Positions 19,801-26,057 of a stretch of DNA of 32,000 nt are shown one piece after another. Source of the stretch: Crocosphaera subtropica ATCC 51142 (GTDB lineage: Bacteria; Cyanobacteriota; Cyanobacteriia; Cyanobacteriales; Microcystaceae); NCBI RefSeq assembly GCF_000017845.1, contig NC_010546.1:3150001-3182000 (forward strand), read 5' to 3'. Within the stretch, counting starts at the first letter, position 1; each line of letters begins with the position of its first letter. The translations under genes and the position numbers were made by a program. The notes under the pieces are model-generated. The model was not told the DNA's origin. It saw only the letters and a program-made list of their open reading frames with translations, and ran no database searches.

Positions 19801-21609
19801 CCCCCGTAAATCCCATCCTAAACTTGATTGAAGCAAGTCACAACAGCGATCGACTTCTTGTTTAAAAATGGGTTCAGTCTCATAAAGTTCTTTCCCCATC
19901 CCTACATATTGGCTGCCTTGGCCTGAAAATAGAAACGTCACGGGACGATGAGAGGAACTTGCTGAAGAATGAGTTAAAAAAGAAGATTCTAGCTGCTTTA
20001 TGGCATTTTTGTGATCCTGACAAACAATAAAACCACGATACTCAAAATCTCTCCGTCCCACTTGCAAAGTGTAAGCTACATCCCCTAAATTAAGCTCTGG
20101 ATGTTCTTTTAAATGGTTTACCAGATTTTCCCTTGCCTTTTCTAAAGCTGTCGCAGTTTTCGCTGACAACGGTAATAAATAACTTTTGCCTCCTGCTTGC
20201 CCCCCTTGGCTGATCCCCCTCCTGTCCCCCTTGGAAAAGGGGAAGCCGAAGGATGCTTCGCTTTTGTTTGGTCTGGGGTTGGGGGGATCGCCTTCTGCTT
20301 CTTCCAAAGGGGACTCCTCTAAAACAACATGAACATTAGTCCCTCCAATGCCAAAGGAACTAACCCCTGCCCGTCTCGGTATGCCGTTGCTTTGCCACTT
20401 TGACAAGGTCGTATTAACGTAAAAAGGGCTATTCGTAAAATCAATTTGAGGGTTGGGCTGTTTAAAATGTAAACTGGGCGGAATTTGTCTATTTTTTAGG
20501 GCTAACGTAGTTTTAATTAAACTGGCTATTCCCGCAGCCGTATCTAAATGTCCAATATTCGTTTTCACCGATCCCAAAGCACAAAACCCCGTTTTATCAG
20601 TGCCAACCCGAAACGCTTGGGTTAAGGCAGCAATTTCAATGGGATCGCCTAGTGCAGTTCCTGTGCCGTGTGCTTCAATATAGGAAATGCTCTCAGGTTC
20701 AACTTCTGCTAAATGTTGCGCTGCTTTAATCACTTGGGTTTGACTATCCAGGGAAGGGGCAGTATAACTGACTTTTTGCGCCCCATCGTTATTAATGGCT
20801 GATCCTTTAATCACAGCAAGAATATTATCTCCTTCGGTTAAAGCATCTTCTAGTCGTTTCAGTACCACTAAACCAACCCCGTTACCACTGACCGTCCCTT
20901 TGGCATCAGCATCAAAGGCACGACAATGACCATCTGGAGAATAAATACCGCCCTCTTGATAGAGATAGCCCATCTGCTGAGAAATGGCAACCCCACCGGC
21001 TAAGGCCATGTCGCATTCTCCACTGAGTAAGCTTTGACAAGCTAAGTGAACAGCCACTAAAGAGGTAGAACAAGCGGTTTGAACATTGACGCTCGGGCCA
21101 TCGAGATTTAATTTATAAGATACCCGTGTTGTCAAGAAGTCTTTATCACTGGCAATAAATAATTGATAAGGATCTAAATTATTGTTGTTTTTAGACTGAC
21201 TGTAAACATTGAAGAGATAACCATTCATACCTGCGCCCCCAAATACACCGATCGCCCCTTCATATTTTTGGGAGTCATATCCTGCATTTTCTAAAGCTTC
21301 CCAGGCACATTCTAAAAAAAGACGGTGTTGCGGGTCGATAATTTCGGCTTCTCTAGCATTGAAACCAAAGAATTCAGCATCAAACTGGTCTACGTCTTCC
21401 AATTTAGCTGCTGCTTTGACATAATTCGATTTTTTCAATAATGCTTCATTAACACCCTGTTTCAGTAAATCTTCATCGCTGTAAACAGTAATTGACTCTC
21501 TCCCTTGGGATAAGTTCTGCCAAAAGGCTTCGATGGTGTTAGCCCCAGGAAAACGCCCTGCTATGCCGATAATTGCGATTTCTAAGCCATTATTGAGTAA
21601 ATCAGTCAT
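16897..21609 (-). CDS. type I polyketide synthase module: KS-AT(malonyl-type)-KR-like-carrier (PCP-type motif)
   Basis: The ORF track starts at a TTG (21618). An ATG at 21609 gives '[22 protein letters not shown]'. Motifs: KS '[11 protein letters not shown]', '[14 protein letters not shown]', '[10 protein letters not shown]'; AT '[10 protein letters not shown]', 'GHSIGE', 'HAFH'; KR-like '[19 protein letters not shown]'; carrier '[10 protein letters not shown]'. Confidence 0.96.
   Translation of the reverse strand: [1570 protein letters not shown]
17020..17230 (-). other. carrier domain with a PCP-type (GGHSL) rather than ACP-type (GxDSL) core
   Basis: '[45 protein letters not shown]'. Confidence 0.8.
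17345..18775 (-). other. ketoreductase-like region (structural plus catalytic subdomains) with a non-canonical nucleotide-binding motif
   Basis: 'DWFYVPSWE' start. '[16 protein letters not shown]' stands where GTYLITGGLGGLG is expected. '[19 protein letters not shown]' retains Ser/Tyr/Asn. 'SVNWD' end. Confidence 0.6.
18201..18226. repeat. GATC plus TCCTGCC heptamers, in frame in the KR-like region
   Basis: 'ggcgatctcctgcctcctgccccctg' encodes RGQEAGDR. Confidence 0.7.
18950..19945 (-). other. acyltransferase domain, malonyl-CoA type
   Basis: '[14 protein letters not shown]', '[10 protein letters not shown]', 'HTSHAFHS' (HAFH motif). Confidence 0.85.
19736..19788. repeat. G-run/GATC mini-element plus CTCCCTG heptamer, in frame in an AT domain
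   Basis: 'ccccccttagtattagtaaggggaggcagggggagatcgcctactccctgctc' encodes [18 protein letters not shown]. Confidence 0.8.
20188..20297. repeat. about 110-bp composite MITE-like element, in frame in the KS-AT linker
   Basis: Bounded by 'gatccccc' (20212-20219) and 'ggggggatcgcc' (20281-20292). Internal hairpins 'cccccttggaaaagggg' and 'gaagccgaaggatgcttc'. Encodes [35 protein letters not shown]. Confidence 0.7.
20315..21580 (-). other. ketosynthase domain
   Basis: The active-site Cys codon is at 21070..21072 in 'QTACSTSL'. His motifs 'EAHGTGT' and 'NIGHLD'. Confidence 0.9.
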
Positions 21610-21622
21610 TTTCTTCAAAATT

Positions 21623-24600
21623 TCAAGATTTCTTATTTTTCTGGAGACGTTGTTTTAACCGTTGTTTTCCTGCCGTTAGGCGATTGCTTCTTTGCTCTGA
21701 TGCTTCAAAAACAGGGTTTTTAGACTTCTGGCGTTCAAAATAGGTTGATAAAGCCCTAATGGTTGGATATTGAAACATCTCAACCAGGGAAATGTCGGAT
21801 GAAAAGGCTTCTCGTACTTTACTGTGTACCCGAACCATTGACAAAGAATGGCCACCAAGGTCAAAGAAGGGATCATGAACCCCTATTGTCTCAACTTTTA
21901 GCACTTCTTGCCAAATTTTAGCAATAGTTTTTTCAATTTCGCTGCGAGGACTAACATAGGTTTCGTTTAACGGTTGTCGCTCTTTTGACTCTGGTAAAGC
22001 GTTACGATCAATTTTGCCATTAGGGGTTAACGGTAAACTGTCTAACTCTATAAACCTTGACGGAATCATGTAACTGGGTAATTTTTCCGCTAAAAAGTCT
22101 TTTAGTGGGGGAGTATGGGTAGAGACAATATAAGCAATAAGACTTTCTTCTTTGACAATAACTACTGCTTCTTTTACTTGAGGATGGGTCAATAATATTG
22201 TTTCTATTTCTCCCAATTCTAGGCGAAATCCTCTTAATTTTAGCTGATAATCTGTTCTTCCTAAATATTCTATCTCTCCATCTTCCCCATACTTAACTAA
22301 GTCTCCTGTTTTATATAAACGACTCCCTGCTTTTCCCCCCCTCTCAAGGGGGGTTGGGGGGATCGCCATAAATCTTTCTGCTGTTAATTTTGGTCTGTTT
22401 AAATAGCCTCTAGCTACTCCCATTCCTCCGATATATAATTCTCCTGGTACTCCTATAGGCACTTGATTATAGTCTTTATCTAACACATAAAATTGTGTGT
22501 TATTAATAGGTTTTCCTAACCTAACTTTATCTGAAGTGACTTGATAAACTGATGACCAAATAGTGGTTTCAGTTGGGCCATATAAGTTCCAAACTGTTCT
22601 AGATTTTTGTTGCAGATGTTGCCCTAAACTGGGATCTAATGCTTCTCCCCCACAGAAAATCGTTAAATCTTTTTTTCCTTCCCACCCTGATGCGAGTAAT
22701 AGTTTCCAAGTAGCAGGGGTTCCCTGCATGACGGTTACTTGATGGCTTTCTAACTGTTGCCCTAGGGTAACACCGTCTTGAGCAACAGTACGGGGAACTA
22801 AGACTAATTTTGCCCCAACAATAAGGGGTAAATAGAGTTCTAAGGCAGCAATATCAAAGGATAGGGTTGTTACTGATAATAAAGTATCATCATCAGTTAA
22901 TCCAGGTTTTTCACTCATCGAAACAAGAAAGTTACTTAACGCACGATGAGGTATTTGTACCCCTTTGGGAATACCTGTAGACCCTGATGTATAAATGATA
23001 TACGCAAGATTGTCTAAGTTGATGTCTACATCGAGATTTGTCTTTTTTTCTTGATTAATTTCTCCTTGTACTTTATTAATATCAATCAAATATTTCACAC
23101 TTTCCGAATTCCGAACTCCGCTGCGAAGCACGACGAAGTCGCCCTCTGAACCCTTGATTAAATAATCAATTCCTGAATCTTTGATCATAAAATCGAGACG
23201 TTGTTCAGGATAGTTGGGGTCTAGGGGTAAATAGGCTCCTCCTGCTTTTAAAATAGCGAGTAAACTAATCACCATGTCTAAAGAAGGGTCTAAACATATC
23301 CCTACTAAGGTTTCTGGTTTGACTCCTAAACGTTGTAAATAATGAGCCAGTTGATTGGCTTTTTGATTTAATTGTTGATAGGTTAATGATTCATTGTTAA
23401 AAATAACAGCAATTTTATTCGGACTCTTCTTGACTTGTGTTTCAAATAGTTGATGTATGTAAATCTCCCTGCTCCCTGCTCCCTGCTCCCTTCTGCCTTG
23501 TATAAATAACTCTTTTTGTTCAGAGCTTGTTAATAAAGAAATTTGGCACAATTGTTGTTTAATATCTTTAGAAATACTGGTTAATACAGTTTCTAAATGT
23601 CCCAACAAGCGGTTGATACTGCTAGACGAAAAGCGATCGCTATCATATAAAATTCTTAGGGATAACTGTGACGTGACAGCAGCGTAAAGCGTTAAAGGAT
23701 AATTGGTTTGTTCAGTAGTGTTAATATTATCAATTTCTAACCCTTGTAATGACTGTTTTAAGGTCGATTCAACGGGATAATTCTCAAAAATTACTAAACT
23801 TTCAAATAAGGGAAAATGACCAGGAACCTCACTGCCGCGGTGAATGTCTAATAGGGGACTATATTCATATTGCTGTTGTTCAATTTGCTGAGTTTGTAGC
23901 TGTTTTAGCCAAGAAATAAGCGATTCTTGGGGATTTACCTTAACTCGTACTGGCAAGGTATTGATAAATAAGCCAATCATCGATTCTGCGTCCCTTAAAT
24001 CTGGCGGACGACCTGATACCGTTGCTCCAAAAACAATATCTGATTCTCCACTATAGCGACTCAATAATAAGGAAAATGCCCCTTGCACCAGTGTATTTAA
24101 AGTTAGTTGCTGCTGTTTGGCTAATAATTGCAAGGCTGTGGTAAGTTCTAAAGACAGTTGTTTCTCTTGTTCATCATATCGAGAAGGAGCCTTACGAAAG
24201 CTTTCCCGTGATTGTCCAATACCTAATGGAGTCGGTGCAATAAAACCTTTGAGAGTTGTTTTCCAAAATTTTTCAGCCTTTGACCCGTCTTGTTTTTGCA
24301 GCCATGCAATATAGTCCCGATAAGGGGGAGGTGTATCTAAATTGATGATTTTTTTAAAACAAAATCCTTGATAATAAGTCAAAAATTCTTTGAAAAGACA
24401 ACTGACTGACCAACCGTCCAGCAAAAGATGATGATACGTCCAAATAACTTGATAATAATCTATTCCCAATTTAATCAGCGTTACCCGCATTAACGGAGCG
24501 TGAGAAAGCTTAAATCCTTGTTGACGTTGCTGTTGTAATAATTCTGTTAATTTTTCGGACTGTTGAGTAATAGAAAGGGTTTCCCAGTTTAGTTGTTCAA

Positions 24601-24859
24601 CGGGCAATTTTACTTGTCGTCCGACCACTTGCAAGGGCTTTTCTATATTTTCCCAAACAAACGCCGTGCGAAAAATAGGATGACGAACTGCTAACTGTTG
24701 CCAAGCTCTCTCAAAGGCGATAACCTTTAAAGCCCCCTTGATCTCATAAGTCATCTGAACAATATAGGCTCCCGACTCAGGTGCTAACAGGCTATGAAAC
24801 AACATTCCCTGTTGCATTGGCGATAACGGGTAAATTGCTTCAACAGTTTTGGCATTCAT
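21623..24859 (-). CDS. non-ribosomal peptide synthetase, one module: C(DCL-type)-A(Gly-like)-T
   Basis: The ORF track extends to a TTG at 24913. An ATG at 24859 gives '[22 protein letters not shown]', a typical N-terminus for this C-domain type. Motifs: 'HHLLLDGWS'; an A domain nearly identical to 5470..7018; T '[10 protein letters not shown]'; basic C-terminal tail. The stop is 4-13 nt upstream of the PKS start. Confidence 0.95.
   Translation of the reverse strand: [1078 protein letters not shown]
21735..21958 (-). other. T (PCP) domain
   Basis: '[16 protein letters not shown]'. Confidence 0.85.
22335..22367. repeat. G-run/GATC mini-element copy (inside A-cassette copy 2)
   Basis: 'ccccccctctcaaggggggttggggggatcgcc' encodes [12 protein letters not shown]. 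Confidence 0.8.
23102..23153. repeat. heptamer-phase repeat (copy inside A-cassette 2)
   Basis: Same as 6583..6634 with one mismatch. Confidence 0.7.
23465..23497. repeat. CTCCCTG heptamer array (copy inside A-cassette 2)
   Basis: Identical to 6946..6978. Confidence 0.85.
23540..24840 (-). other. C domain of the DCL type (PMQxGMLFH N-terminal motif)
   Basis: '[17 protein letters not shown]', 'HHLLLDGWS'. It contrasts with the 'LSFAQxRxWF' motif in the other three C domains. I saw no second N-terminal HH motif of the kind found in dual E/C domains. Confidence 0.7.
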
Positions 24860-25121
24860 AAGCAGATAGTCATCTAAAATTTTAGCTAAGGTTAGGAGAG
24901 CAAAGGATATCAATCTTTATTTGAGTATTTAAGTAAAAACCCTCTTAATGCAAAGACGGATGAAAAGTTGACCTCTAATTTTTGCGTCGTCGAATAATAC
25001 TAATAAAACTTCACTGTTTCTATACAAAGTGTTATATCATAATTCAACATTGTTGCTCAACTCATCTGTTAAAGACTGTGGAAAGAAGATTGTACTTAAT
25101 ATAAAATCCGCTTAATGACTC

Positions 25122-25137
25122 ATCATGAAAATCATGA
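25122..25137. promoter_or_regulatory. twin ATCATGA direct repeat (two palindromic TCATGA cores 9 bp apart), candidate operator
   Basis: 'atcatgaaaatcatga', preceded by 'taatgactc'. Read directly. Function not established. Confidence 0.2.
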
Positions 25138-25144
25138 CGGCAAA

Positions 25145-25180
25145 CCCCTCCTCCCCTGCTCCCTACTCCCTACTCCCTGC
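25145..25180. repeat. CTCCCTR heptamer array, intergenic (divergent promoter region)
   Basis: 'cccctcctcccctgctccctactccctactccctgc'. Confidence 0.8.
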
Positions 25181-25350
25181 TAAACAACAATAAGACCTTG
25201 GCAAGTCAGATTATCTGTGCTAACTTACGTTATAAATTTTCGCACTTGCCCCGTATTTTTGAATCTTAGCTAAAATTTAAGCAAACCTAGATCACAAAGA
25301 TCATTAAAATCTAGGATAATTACCAAAAAATAAACTGGAGAATTTCTAAA

Positions 25351-25887
25351 ATGCTTAAACCTCTTCAAAAGATAACTTTAGCAGCCAGTGGTGTTGCTTT
25401 TAGCCTAGTTACTGCCCTATATGCAAACCCAACCCAAGCAGCAACGGTGGCTTACGATTTCAGTGTATCAATTCCAGACGGAACCTATGGAGGATTTTTT
25501 GAGTATGATGATGAAGGCTTAAGCAGTTCAGGGTTTGATCAGGTTTCTGTGTCTGAGTTTTTCTTTGACTTTTTGGGGGTTGAATATACAGAAGTTGATG
25601 TTCCTGATGCTACAGTTGATTTTCAAGACGGCAGTTTCATCGCATTGAGTATTCCTGGAGACAATACTCCTTTTACTTTTGTTCCTCCTAGTTTAAGTGG
25701 TGGTGACTCCTTATTCGTTGTCCCTGAAGATCAGATCGTTGGGAATATTACCTACACTTTAGTTGAACAACCTCCCGAAGCACCTCCAGAAAATCCCGCT
25801 GTTAGTGTTCCTGAACCAAGCAGTGGAGTCGCCTTATTGATGTTAGCTCCCCTTGGCATTATTCGTGGGTTAAAGAAACAGCAATAA
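25351..25887 (+). CDS. PEP-CTERM sorting-domain secreted protein
   Basis: 178 aa with ATG start and GGAG about 12 nt upstream. N-terminal signal-like segment 'ITLAASGVAFSLVTALYANPTQAA'. C-terminus 'VPEPSSGVALLMLAPLGIIRGLKKQQ' has the PEP motif, a hydrophobic helix and a basic tail. Confidence 0.8.
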   Translation: MLKPLQKITLAASGVAFSLVTALYANPTQAATVAYDFSVSIPDGTYGGFFEYDDEGLSSSGFDQVSVSEFFFDFLGVEYTEVDVPDATVDFQDGSFIALSIPGDNTPFTFVPPSLSGGDSLFVVPEDQIVGNITYTLVEQPPEAPPENPAVSVPEPSSGVALLMLAPLGIIRGLKKQQ

Positions 25888-25990
25888 TGAATTGATTGGA
25901 GATTATAAGGTGAATAACAATATCATCAACTGATCTCCAGCATCATATTTAAACCCACAAGACGACATATTTAAGTTAACATGGGTAAAA

Positions 25991-25996
25991 TATAAT
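25991..25996 (+). promoter_or_regulatory. candidate -10 hexamer TATAAT upstream of the FAAL-ACAD-ACP gene
   Basis: Perfect TATAAT, 62 nt upstream of ATG 26058. No good -35 seen. Confidence 0.3.
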
Positions 25997-26015
25997 TTTT
26001 CCAATTCATTCACTT

Positions 26016-26030
26016 GTGCAATTTTTGCAC
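26016..26030. promoter_or_regulatory. perfect palindrome GTGCAA-TTT-TTGCAC, candidate operator
   Basis: 6+3+6 inverted repeat, 20 nt downstream of the TATAAT and 28 nt upstream of ATG 26058. Confidence 0.3.
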
Positions 26031-26057
26031 GTTCCTCCTAATCACATCATCTCGCCA

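Larger units (their letters stand above)
21989..23537 (-). repeat. A-domain cassette copy 2 (Gly-like code), near-identical to 5470..7018
   Basis: See copy 1. Protein differences are L/V, A/T and S/P only. The other four mismatches do not change the protein. Confidence 0.95.
24914..25350. promoter_or_regulatory. divergent intergenic region presumed to hold promoters for both operons
   Basis: 437 bp, AT-rich, between oppositely oriented first genes. No specific -35/-10 pair assigned. Confidence 0.5.

Noticed and set aside
5470-23537. The 1.55-kb duplicate as a simple assembly artefact
   Set aside because: The two copies differ at 7 positions. Both are seamlessly in frame with different flanking C and T domains. 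An artefact is still worth excluding with long reads, as noted in the finding.
17856-24314. Small ORFs 17856..18041, 18735..18920, 19262..19501, 20453..20683, 21676..21876 and 24117..24314
   Set aside because: All are embedded in the PKS or the single-module NRPS coding sequences. They have no motifs and no independent start context.
26016-26057. GTG at 26016 as the start of the FAAL-ACAD-ACP gene
   Set aside because: The GTG is the first triplet of the perfect palindrome GTGCAATTTTTGCAC. The 14 extra residues (MQFLHVPPNHIISP) have no counterpart in typical FAAL N-termini. ATG 26058 gives the usual 'M....STLVDLLxxRA' start. The longer form is not fully excluded.
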